Shown in pieces: positions 36,822 through 45,255 of a stretch of DNA of 64,000 nt (position 1 is the stretch's first letter; each line of letters starts with the position of its first letter). Source of the stretch: an uncultured Candidatus Saccharibacteria bacterium (GTDB lineage: Bacteria > Patescibacteriota > Saccharimonadia > Saccharimonadales > Saccharimonadaceae); contig CAMYAY010000003.1 of NCBI GenBank assembly GCA_947253945.1, positions 22,664 to 86,663 on the forward strand, written 5' to 3'. The position numbers were made by a program, and so were the translations under genes. Under the pieces are notes generated by a model. The model made no database searches. It was not told the origin of the DNA and saw only the letters and a program-made list of their open reading frames with translations.

Positions 36822-37636
36822 TAGACGCCCTCCGTGTAGTGAATGTGAACAGCTTTCACCCTTGTCGCAATGGAGTTCGTCTTTTCGCTCTCGTCCGCGT
36901 CTTCGCCCGAGTCCTCGTCCTCATCTGCTTCGTCGTAGTCGTAATACGGCTCGCCGTCCCAGTCTTCGTCGTCGAGATAGTCGCTATAATCTTCGCGTGC
37001 GTCGGAATAGGCGCAGATAAACAAGCGACTAGCTTCAGGCTTAAAGAGATGCTGGCGCATCAAAACAGTCGTTTGCTCGATGTCGTCGAGGTGCGGACTG
37101 CTTCCTTGGAAGCCAAAAACCAACTCGGTCGGTTGGTCATCGGTTTCACTGAGTGGGCGGGGCACACGCGACATGCCGGCAAGTTCGTCAGCGGTAAAAC
37201 TCCGCGGGCGGCGGCGCAGCAGGGCGACAAAGCACGAGTAGTTTGCCAAATCGTAGAGGGTGTGATCCGGATAGTACAAGTCGCGCAGCTCGCAATCGAG
37301 CTGGTCGATAAATGTGCTGTCAGGAACAAAGCCCTCAAAGGCGCACGGGTGCTCAAGGTCAAGGTCGCCGAGTACGTTGTACGGCAGGATGGCGGTCTCG
37401 CAAGCGGCATCAAGCCATTCGCGCGGGCTGCTCACCACGGTATTTTCGTTGCGCTCCCAAGCCTCAATGTGAAGCTCGCTGGCAGTCTTAGACGTAATTG
37501 CGCCTTCGCGGCCGGCGGTCAAAATGGCGCGGCAGTAGTCGCTGGTAACGCCCAAAACGGCTTTCTCACCTTGCACGTGTTCGACGCGGATATTGACGCC
37601 GCTAGCGTAGAAGCTACCGAGTGCAAATTTTTCCAT
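36821..37636 (-). CDS. Hypothetical protein with a strongly acidic C-terminal tail
   Basis: Start set at MEKFALGS after AAAGGAG. Ends DYSDYLDDEDWDGEPYYDYDEADEDEDSGEDADESEK. Confidence 0.4.
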   Translation of the reverse strand: MEKFALGSFYASGVNIRVEHVQGEKAVLGVTSDYCRAILTAGREGAITSKTASELHIEAWERNENTVVSSPREWLDAACETAILPYNVLGDLDLEHPCAFEGFVPDSTFIDQLDCELRDLYYPDHTLYDLANYSCFVALLRRRPRSFTADELAGMSRVPRPLSETDDQPTELVFGFQGSSPHLDDIEQTTVLMRQHLFKPEASRLFICAYSDAREDYSDYLDDEDWDGEPYYDYDEADEDEDSGEDADESEKTNSIATRVKAVHIHYTEGV

Positions 37637-37811
37637 AATATCTCCTTTAATAGCGGTAATGTACATCAAAATTAGTGGAGGCCACCTCATTTGAATGGTA
37701 AATATCATACCATAATTCGGCCAAAATGTGTAGGAGCGGGGTACTAAAAAAGCCGCCCCTTGGGGGCGGCATGCTTGCTGTCGCTTTAAGCGTAATGAGG
37801 CCGGGCGACCG

Positions 37812-38450
37812 TTATGCAAGCTTTATCTTGAGGTAATACCGTAGAGCGTTATGCTCAGGATGACGAACGTCATTACGGTACACAAGTCCAAAACGACTGT
37901 AGCTGTCGCACAGCTCGCCTGAGAAGGCGCGGATTAGTAAGAGCGAAGCCGGCTGAGCCGAATCATCGTCCGATTCAAGTGGTACGTAGAGTGCCTTGAC
38001 CTTGTCTAGCTTGCGCGAAATTTGGGCGCAATAGGTTTCCGCATCCGTATTGTCATAGTTAAACGGTGAACCCGCCTTTTCTGCGCTGCTAGCAACATCG
38101 TGGGCAATCCTATCGTAGAATTCACAACTTGGTTTAAACTCCACATACTCACGCCGTTTGGCGGGGTCAATATCATCCAACGCACTCAGGTAGTGCTTGT
38201 ATTCCTCATCCCTTGAGATGACAAACAACGAGTGTAGCACTTCGCCGATACTGCCATAACCACCGTCGTGGCCGAGCGTAATTGAGCCGGGCACGGCGTA
38301 CTTGGATCTGCCAGTCCCACGTGCTGCTTTCAGCACATCTTGACAGGCATAGGCGGTATTGGCGGCAAGGAGTTCGTTTGCTTTTGACGTAGCGTTATAG
38401 TCTTCGATGTAGCAACTTGCTGTTTTGCTTGAATACCAATTTGCAATCAT
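37812..38450 (-). CDS. Hypothetical protein, first gene of the three-gene operon
   Basis: 212 aa. Its stop overlaps the start region of the next gene. A bidirectional terminator lies at about 37745-37775. Confidence 0.4.
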   Translation of the reverse strand: MIANWYSSKTASCYIEDYNATSKANELLAANTAYACQDVLKAARGTGRSKYAVPGSITLGHDGGYGSIGEVLHSLFVISRDEEYKHYLSALDDIDPAKRREYVEFKPSCEFYDRIAHDVASSAEKAGSPFNYDNTDAETYCAQISRKLDKVKALYVPLESDDDSAQPASLLLIRAFSGELCDSYSRFGLVYRNDVRHPEHNALRYYLKIKLA

Positions 38451-38566
38451 ATCAACTTACCTCTAGATATCGTAATGTACAACAAGACTTTGTGTCTTGC
38501 ACCGTGATATATTACCACATAACAGGTGGCGCGTCAATACTGAAAGCGTGGTATAATGTTACCATG

Positions 38567-40066
38567 GCAACACTAGCAGACTATCGCAATGAGCGACTCA
38601 AGAAACTCGAAACCCTGAAGGCGCAGGGGTTCGACCCGTATCCGGCCAAAGTCGAGCGCACGGTTGGCGCGGGTGAAGTTGCGCCGCAGTTTGACCAGCT
38701 GGAAGGCAGCACGCAGACCGTGGTGGGGCGCATCGTGTCGCTTCGCAAGTTTGGCAAGCTGGCGTTTATCGTGGTGCGCGATTTTACAGGGCAGCTGCAA
38801 CTGTTCTTGCGTGCCGGCGCGGTGGCTGAGACCGACGGTAAGACCAATCAGCTCGGTTTGAGCGACCTCAATTTGCTAGACACCGGCGACTTTGTGCAGG
38901 CGACCGGCGAAGTCATCAAGACCAAGACGGGCGAGATTTCGCTTGGTGTGACATCGCTTAAGCTAGTGGTGAAGACTTTGCGCCCAATGCCTGACCGGCA
39001 GGGCTTTACTGATAAAGAGCAGCGCTTGCGCCGCCGTTACATTGACATGAACGTCAACCCAGAGGTGCGGGAGCGCTTTGTGCGCCGTTCGAAGTTCTGG
39101 CAGGCCACGCGCGACTACTTAAATCAGCACGGCTTTATTGAAATTAACATTCCGGTGCTTGAGCACACCACGGGCGGCGCTGACGCCAACGCCTTTAAGA
39201 CCCACATGGACTCGCTTGACCAAGATTTGTACCTCCGCATTAGCCACGAGCTGCCGCTGAAGCGTTTGCTCGGTGCGGGCTACGAGCGTGTGTACGATAT
39301 CGGGCCGCGCTTCCGCAACGAGGGCATCGACGATGAGCATCTGCCGGAGCACATTGCTATGGAGTGGTATCACGCTTACTGGGACTGGCGTGACGGCATG
39401 AAGTTTATGGAGGGCATGTATAAGTACGTGGCCGAGCAGACTTTTGGCACGCTGCAGTTTAAGATTGGCAAGTTTGACGTTGACCTCGGCAAAGAGTGGG
39501 AGGTTTGGGACTACGCTGATGTGATAAAGCAGCACTACGGCATTGACGTCTACAATGTTACTCTCGAGAAGGTAGTGGAGCTGTTGAAGGCGAATAAACT
39601 TGAGGTCGGCAAGAGTGAAAACCTCTCGCGTGGCATCGATAAGCTGTGGAAGAATATCCGCAAGGACGTGGCGGGGCCGGTCTGGCTGGTCAACACGCCA
39701 AAGTTCATTTCGCCACTCGCGAAGGCAAATCCGGACGGCGTCAGCACACAGCGCTTTCAGCCGGTGATTGCCGGCTCGGAGCTAGGCAATGGCTACTCAG
39801 AATTAAACAACCCGATTGACCAGTTGAGCCGCTTTGAGGAGCAGCAGAAGTTGCGCGAGGCGGGCGACGACGAGGCTATGATGCTGGATGTCGACTTTGT
39901 TGAGATGCTAGAGTACGGCATGCCGCCGGCCTGTGGTTGGGGCTACAGCGAGCGCGTGTTCTGGATGCTAGAAGGCGTGACGGCGCGCGAGGGCGTGCCA
40001 TTCCCGACCATGCGTTATGAGGTCGACCCAGTAACCCGCAAGATTTACCCTGAGCTGAAGCTGTAA
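38567..40066 (+). CDS. lysS: Lysyl-tRNA synthetase, class II
   Basis: MATLADYRNERLKKLETLKAQGFDPYP..., an OB-fold anticodon-binding domain, class II motifs (FRNEGID...), a TGGTATAAT promoter at about 38557, and a terminator at 40085-40115. Confidence 0.9.
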   Translation, partial: ATLADYRNERLKKLETLKAQGFDPYPAKVERTVGAGEVAPQFDQLEGSTQTVVGRIVSLRKFGKLAFIVVRDFTGQLQLFLRAGAVAETDGKTNQLGLSDLNLLDTGDFVQATGEVIKTKTGEISLGVTSLKLVVKTLRPMPDRQGFTDKEQRLRRRYIDMNVNPEVRERFVRRSKFWQATRDYLNQHGFIEINIPVLEHTTGGADANAFKTHMDSLDQDLYLRISHELPLKRLLGAGYERVYDIGPRFRNEGIDDEHLPEHIAMEWYHAYWDWRDGMKFMEGMYKYVAEQTFGTLQFKIGKFDVDLGKEWEVWDYADVIKQHYGIDVYNVTLEKVVELLKANKLEVGKSENLSRGIDKLWKNIRKDVAGPVWLVNTPKFISPLAKANPDGVSTQRFQPVIAGSELGNGYSELNNPIDQLSRFEEQQKLREAGDDEAMMLDVDFVEMLEYGMPPACGWGYSERVFWMLEGVTAREGVPFPTMRYEVDPVTRKIYPELKL

Positions 40067-40275
40067 GGAAGGTGAGGCTATAACTAAATCCCCGCGTTGG
40101 CGGGGATTTTTGGTGACAGAAAGTAGCTTTGATGGCTTAGCTTTTGCTCTAGCAGCGGGGCAGCTTGTTTAAAGTTTGGCGTTTTATCCCGCTTGTGGTA
40201 TAATGCAGGTATCTAGCCGGTGGTGGCAGAGATAAACCTAAACAGGACAATAACCAAAAATGGAGGACAAACAAC

Positions 40276-42381
40276 ATGAGTAAATTACGGCAAACAGCTG
40301 TGGGGGGGGGTAAACTTTTAAGATATTTTTCCCACATTGTCAAGTGTGAGGACAAAATAGTTACTCCGGCGCCAACAGCCAACCGCAATAATTTATTGGC
40401 GAGCAGTCTTGCCCGCAGGGTGGCGTTTAGTGCTATCGCTCTGGCCGTTGCGCCATTTATCCTCACTGCACCAGTCTATGCTGCTGACGATAACACCGTC
40501 AGCATTGCCGTTGACCAGAACGCCGCACTAAAGCCTACTGGCAATCTCTACAAAGCCACCACCAATGTCACTGTCAAGACCGGCAAGCCCTACGGCTTCA
40601 ATTTAACCATGCAAGCCGACACGGCTGACCTTATCAACAGCAAGGACCAAACCCACAAAATCTCTACCACCCCAAGCTCCACGCCGGTTGCTCTTAATGC
40701 CAACCAGTGGGGCTATTCCTTAAACTCTAAGGCCACCACTTTCAGCAGTGTACCAAATCGCACCCAACCTGCGGCCATGATTGCCGACGTCACCAAAGCC
40801 AAGCCAGCAGGTTGTACCAACCCAGCAAGTTGCACTAAGTCCGTTACTTTTGCGGCTAACGTCGACCCGGCGAAATTAGCCAGCGGTAGTTACAGCACCA
40901 CTATCACTTATACCGCAACCGCGAAGCCAGCCCCAAAACCACCTGTAGTTGACCCAACGGTTTGTAAGTCTGGCGACCCGCAGAACGATTGCCAAGTTGA
41001 CCTTGATGCCAACATGATTCCAGTTAAGTACACCGGCAGCACCACCAATGCTCAGTGGACCAGCCTTGCCAATCCCGAAGATAGTTCCAACCAAGGTAAT
41101 TGGTATAACTATAATAACAAGCAGTGGGCTAACGCCTTAACTGTAAAAGACCCAAGCAAGTACAAGGGTAAGAGCATGGTGGTTGACCAAGCCGATATCC
41201 TCGGCTTCTGGGTGTACATTCCACGCTACGCTTATGAGGTGATGCGGCGTGATGGTACGGATAAACCAGTTCCAGCCCAAAACTTCCTAATTCAATTTGA
41301 GAAGACGACAACGCCAAAGCGTGTGCCGGCGGCTTGCCCGGAGCAGGGTAAAGACTACCGCACTCAGTGTGGCTTAGACCGTAGTTACATTAAAGGCCAA
41401 CCAAGCAACCAAGGTACTTGGGCGACCCACCCCGCCTTCACTTTCGGTGCTAAAGAGCTCAACGGCATCTGGTTTGGTAAGTTTGAGACAACAGGCACTA
41501 CAGATCAACCAACCGTCTTACCAAACGAAGCCCATATTTCTGGTGAATATAGTGGTATGAATAACGAAGTCGGTAACTTCTACTCACTCGCCAAGACTCT
41601 CGGCGTTGAAGACCTGAATAACGTTGGTGGTAGCGGCTTTACCACCACTCAAAACAACCATCACTTTGCCAAATTTAGTTCTCACATGGTCAACAATGAC
41701 GATTGGGGTGCCGTCACTTACTTAAGTGCCAGTAAGTACGGCGCTGGCTATAATGGTGTCCAAATCAATGCTAATGGCACAGGACATAATAATATTAGTT
41801 CTGGTACTACTGGTTGCGGTCCATATGCTAATGGAGATACTGGCTCATATTCTGCTAATACAACAGAATCGTATATAACTTACAAAAATATTAGTATCGG
41901 TTCACTTGGTTCTCAACAAGCCTGTAGCAGCGACGGCACTCGTGCCTACAACGGCACTCTCGGCCAACTCGCCAGCACCACCAACAACCCAACCGGCATC
42001 TACGATATGTATGGTGGTGGCTATGAATATGTCGCTGCTAGAAGATATACTGGTGACGACTCTAGTACTGACTACTTCAGCCAACCAGCTAATCCGCCAT
42101 ACGTCAACACATATAACTTCAGCGACCTGGATAGCTGCACTTTCGCTACTTGTGGCGGCCAAGCCCTTCATGAAACCAATCTATCCAATTCTGCAAATGG
42201 TTCTAAACAATGGAATAACAACATCTCATACTTCGCGAGTTATATTAAACCGTGGTTTGAACGGGGTGGCGACTACAGCTCTGGCTCGTTTGCTGGTTTG
42301 TTCTCTGCCGTCTCCGACGATGGCTACAGCTACGACGGCAGTGCCTTTCGCGTCGCGCTCGCGCCAGCGCCGTATGATTAG
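40276..42381 (+). CDS. Secreted surface-protein family member G (N-module plus FGE-like C-domain). Poly-G leader in frame (ON).
   Basis: GGAGGA SD. MSKLRQTAVGGGKLLRYFSHIVKCEDKIVTPAP...VAFSAIALAVAPFILTAPVYA. The G9 tract at 40302-40310 encodes VGGG. Near-identical to member E. Confidence 0.7.
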   Translation: MSKLRQTAVGGGKLLRYFSHIVKCEDKIVTPAPTANRNNLLASSLARRVAFSAIALAVAPFILTAPVYAADDNTVSIAVDQNAALKPTGNLYKATTNVTVKTGKPYGFNLTMQADTADLINSKDQTHKISTTPSSTPVALNANQWGYSLNSKATTFSSVPNRTQPAAMIADVTKAKPAGCTNPASCTKSVTFAANVDPAKLASGSYSTTITYTATAKPAPKPPVVDPTVCKSGDPQNDCQVDLDANMIPVKYTGSTTNAQWTSLANPEDSSNQGNWYNYNNKQWANALTVKDPSKYKGKSMVVDQADILGFWVYIPRYAYEVMRRDGTDKPVPAQNFLIQFEKTTTPKRVPAACPEQGKDYRTQCGLDRSYIKGQPSNQGTWATHPAFTFGAKELNGIWFGKFETTGTTDQPTVLPNEAHISGEYSGMNNEVGNFYSLAKTLGVEDLNNVGGSGFTTTQNNHHFAKFSSHMVNNDDWGAVTYLSASKYGAGYNGVQINANGTGHNNISSGTTGCGPYANGDTGSYSANTTESYITYKNISIGSLGSQQACSSDGTRAYNGTLGQLASTTNNPTGIYDMYGGGYEYVAARRYTGDDSSTDYFSQPANPPYVNTYNFSDLDSCTFATCGGQALHETNLSNSANGSKQWNNNISYFASYIKPWFERGGDYSSGSFAGLFSAVSDDGYSYDGSAFRVALAPAPYD
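40302..40310 (+). repeat. Poly-G tract (G9) inside the leader codons of member G, ON configuration
   Basis: GCT GTG GGG GGG GGT AAA is in frame. Confidence 0.6.
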
Positions 42382-42496
42382 GTTGTCGGGATATTGGTAT
42401 CTGATGGGCGGGTGGGAGCTCGCCCATTTATGTTGATGTAAGTAGCCCGCCGCTAACCTAACTAAAAACCCACCCGGTAAGGGTGGGGGATAATGT

Positions 42497-42573
42497 TGGT
42501 GTGCCTGGTACGATTCGAACGTATGACCTTCAGTTCCGCAAACTGACGCTCTATCCAACTGAGCTACAGGCAC
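42497..42573 (-). tRNA. tRNA-Arg (anticodon GCG as read)
   Basis: The reverse complement GTGCCTGTAGCTCAGTTGGATAGAGCGTCAGTTTGCGGAACTGAAGGTCATACGTTCGAATCGTACCAGGCACACCA folds as a cloverleaf. Acceptor GTGCCTG pairs with CAGGCAC. Anticodon stem is TCAGT/ACTGA with loop TTGCGGA. The T-loop is TTCGAAT and the 3' end is CCA. Confidence 0.7.
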
Positions 42574-42840
42574 ATTTCGCGTTCAGCTTTATTTAGTGTA
42601 GCACACTTTGATTTAAAACGCAAATTTAAAGTTAAACTGCACCCTGACGCGCCAGACAATAGAGGCGGCGGCGGTAGCCAATCGTCGGTCTGTCGCAACA
42701 TGACCCACAGCCAAGACCCACGAACTCCACGTCGGTCTGCCGCAACATGACTCACAGCTAAGCCCGCCGCGCGCAATCAAGCCGCACTCACTACCAACTT
42801 TTTCATAATAAAAGCACCCAGACAAGCTGGGTGCTGGTTG

Positions 42841-43281
42841 TTATGTGGTGTCCCGTAAGGTGGGGCGGGGAATGTCTAGTGGTTTGGTACTGTGGTACGG
42901 TTCAACTAATTGGCCCGTGTTAGGGTCAAACGCCGCGCCGCGGCAGACTAGACGGTAGCCGTCAGCCTGATTTATTAGCCCCCACACGCCGAACACTCGC
43001 GTGCCGCGGTAAGCGATGCGCAGGTCAGTCGCCAAGCAGTAGCGAAAGTTCTCAATCGACAGGCGATAAATGGTGTCGCCCGATGACCGATTGCTGGCAA
43101 AGTGGCTTAATGCCGCTTGCTCCACGCTACTTGGCAAATATTGCTCGCCCGCACCGTGGTTATTCCGGTACTCCGGCGCTAAAAAGTCCCATGCCCGCTG
43201 GATGATTGCCTTGGCTTCCGCCTCGAGCCCCAGATTCATGGCCTCACGCACCGAGTCGATTTGGCATTCGATGGTTGCCAT
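42841..43281 (-). CDS. Hypothetical protein
   Basis: 146-aa ORF with GGAGG upstream. No recognisable domain. Confidence 0.4.
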   Translation of the reverse strand: MATIECQIDSVREAMNLGLEAEAKAIIQRAWDFLAPEYRNNHGAGEQYLPSSVEQAALSHFASNRSSGDTIYRLSIENFRYCLATDLRIAYRGTRVFGVWGLINQADGYRLVCRGAAFDPNTGQLVEPYHSTKPLDIPRPTLRDTT

Positions 43282-43382
43282 TTTAACCTCCTTTGGAGCA
43301 CTCCAGTAAGGTGCTATCTTTTGATTGCTACTATCATAACATAAGCCCGCCGCCCGCGCCAGAAGCGCGTATAATAAAAGTG

Positions 43383-43808
43383 ATGAAGGATGAAGTAAAT
43401 CACGTGCCTAAAGTGAAGCTAGCTAGGGTAGGTCAAGTCACACCCGCTGACCAAGCTTATGCGGCGGCGTTGCTGGAACGACTCAGTAAATCGAAGTTTC
43501 GCAGCAGCTTTAGTTTGCGACCCGCTGACCGTGATTATTTCGTGAAGAAGGGCCGCGCCATCATTTGCCGCCACGCTCACGAACTCCTCGCGGCGCGCGT
43601 GGGTGTTGTCGACCCGCCAAAGGATGGCAAGCAGACCCCTTACCGCGGCCATCCGGTGTTTACGGCACAACACGCCACAGCGACTTGCTGCCGCGGTTGT
43701 ATCGCCAAGTGGCACGGCATCCCCAAAGGCCGCCCGCTGACGCCCGCCGAGCTTGACCGGTTGGTGACGCTCATCATGGCGTGGCTAGATGAGCAAATGG
43801 CGCGCTAG
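43383..43808 (+). CDS. DUF4186-like protein
   Basis: ...ATCCRGCIAKWHGIPKGRPLTPAELDRLVTLIMAWL matches the conserved DUF4186 Cys cluster. Confidence 0.5.
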   Translation: MKDEVNHVPKVKLARVGQVTPADQAYAAALLERLSKSKFRSSFSLRPADRDYFVKKGRAIICRHAHELLAARVGVVDPPKDGKQTPYRGHPVFTAQHATATCCRGCIAKWHGIPKGRPLTPAELDRLVTLIMAWLDEQMAR

Positions 43809-43940
43809 AACGCTAAGCGTAAAATATCAAGTTCGCCTCGGTAATTGTGGTGGTTTTCCACAGTTCGCTATCTCGGCGAACTATTTTCGTGTTCAAATTG
43901 CTTGACCAGTACTATACACTAAGTGTATAGTAATAACATA

Positions 43941-44582
43941 ATGAATGCACAATTGACGTTACTGGGGCTGCTAGCTATCGAGCCGAATTACGGCTACGAG
44001 CTGAAGAAGCTCTACGACCAATTTTTTGGCCGTGACAAGCCCATTTTGACCGGGCAAATTTATTCCACATTGAACCGCCTTGTGCGCGACCACAAGGTTG
44101 AACCAGTGCCTGCCGCGGCGCTCAACTCCGACCCCGCGACTGACAATGCGGCGAATTCAACTGCGGCGTTAGATGCTGCGGCGACGGCGTCCACGCTTGC
44201 CGCTCATATCAAGGCCAAAGCCACGGCCAAGCCGCAAGGTCCGAGCCAGATACAGTACCAAATCACGCCCGACGGTCTCGCCACGTTGCACACGTGGCTG
44301 ACCACGCCCGAGGAAATCGGCGAGCACTTGCGCTCCACCTTTTACTGCAAGGTGATGCTCGCGCTCCTCGTGGACGGCGACCCGCACCAGTACATCGACA
44401 GCCAGCGCCACACCCACTTGACGGCGATGCGCCAGCTGGTGCGGCGGCAGCTGATAGCGACCGACGTGGCGGAGCAGCTCCTGCTGGACGGGGCGATTTA
44501 CCACATCGACGCCGACTTGAAATGGATGGATAAAGCAGAAGGAAAGATTGACAACATAAGGAGGGAACTATGTCAAAAATAA
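43941..44582 (+). CDS. PadR-family transcriptional regulator
   Basis: MNAQLTLLGLLAIEPNYGYELKKLYDQFFG...GQIYSTLNRLVRDHKV is the PadR wHTH signature. Its stop overlaps the start of the ABC ATPase. Confidence 0.6.
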   Translation: MNAQLTLLGLLAIEPNYGYELKKLYDQFFGRDKPILTGQIYSTLNRLVRDHKVEPVPAAALNSDPATDNAANSTAALDAAATASTLAAHIKAKATAKPQGPSQIQYQITPDGLATLHTWLTTPEEIGEHLRSTFYCKVMLALLVDGDPHQYIDSQRHTHLTAMRQLVRRQLIATDVAEQLLLDGAIYHIDADLKWMDKAEGKIDNIRRELCQK

Positions 44583-45253
44583 TTATTGCGGGCAGTGATT
44601 TACACAAAAACTACGGCAGCACCAAGGCGCTCCGCGGCGCCAACCTAGAGGTAAAGCAGGGCGAGATTTTGGCCATCATGGGTGCTTCGGGCTCGGGCAA
44701 GTCAACATTGCTCCATGTCCTCTCGGGCATCATTAAGCCAACCAAGGGCACGGTGCGATTTAACGACCAGCGCATTGACCGCGCGCCCGACCGTGTGCGC
44801 ACGGCACTTCGGCGGACGAAGTTTGGTTTTGTGTTTCAATTTTCGCAGCTGGTGCCGGAGCTGACCGCGCTTGATAATGTGGCGGTGCCACTCCTCTTGG
44901 CGGGCGTGCGGCGCAGTGAAGCTTATACCCGTGCCGCGGATTGGCTGAAGCAAATGGGGTTGGGCGACAAGGCGAACGCTCTCGCGACCGAGCTCTCGGG
45001 CGGCCAAGCGCAGCGGGTGGCGATTGCCCGCGCCATGGTGATTGAGCCTGAGGTAGTGTTCGCCGACGAGCCGACGGGCAGTCTTGACGTTATCAACTCC
45101 GAGCAGGTGATGCGCATTTTTACCAAGGCGGCGCGCGAACATAATGTGACCGTGATTATGGTGACGCACGAACCAACCATTGCCGCTTACGCCGACCGCG
45201 AAGTGATTGTGCGCGACGGGGTGGTAGAGCACGTTAAGCGGGAGCAGAAGTAG
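44570..45253 (+). CDS. ABC transporter ATP-binding protein (MacB/FtsE-like)
   Basis: Walker [12 protein letters not shown], signature [14 protein letters not shown], Walker [13 protein letters not shown]. Confidence 0.85.
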   Translation: MSKIIIAGSDLHKNYGSTKALRGANLEVKQGEILAIMGASGSGKSTLLHVLSGIIKPTKGTVRFNDQRIDRAPDRVRTALRRTKFGFVFQFSQLVPELTALDNVAVPLLLAGVRRSEAYTRAADWLKQMGLGDKANALATELSGGQAQRVAIARAMVIEPEVVFADEPTGSLDVINSEQVMRIFTKAAREHNVTVIMVTHEPTIAAYADREVIVRDGVVEHVKREQK

Positions 45254-45255
45254 CC

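Noticed and set aside
42226-42776. ORFs 42226..42573, 42245..42427, 42564..42776 and 42613..42825
   Set aside because: They overlap the tRNA-Arg gene and its flanks on the antisense strand and have no RBS. They are spurious.
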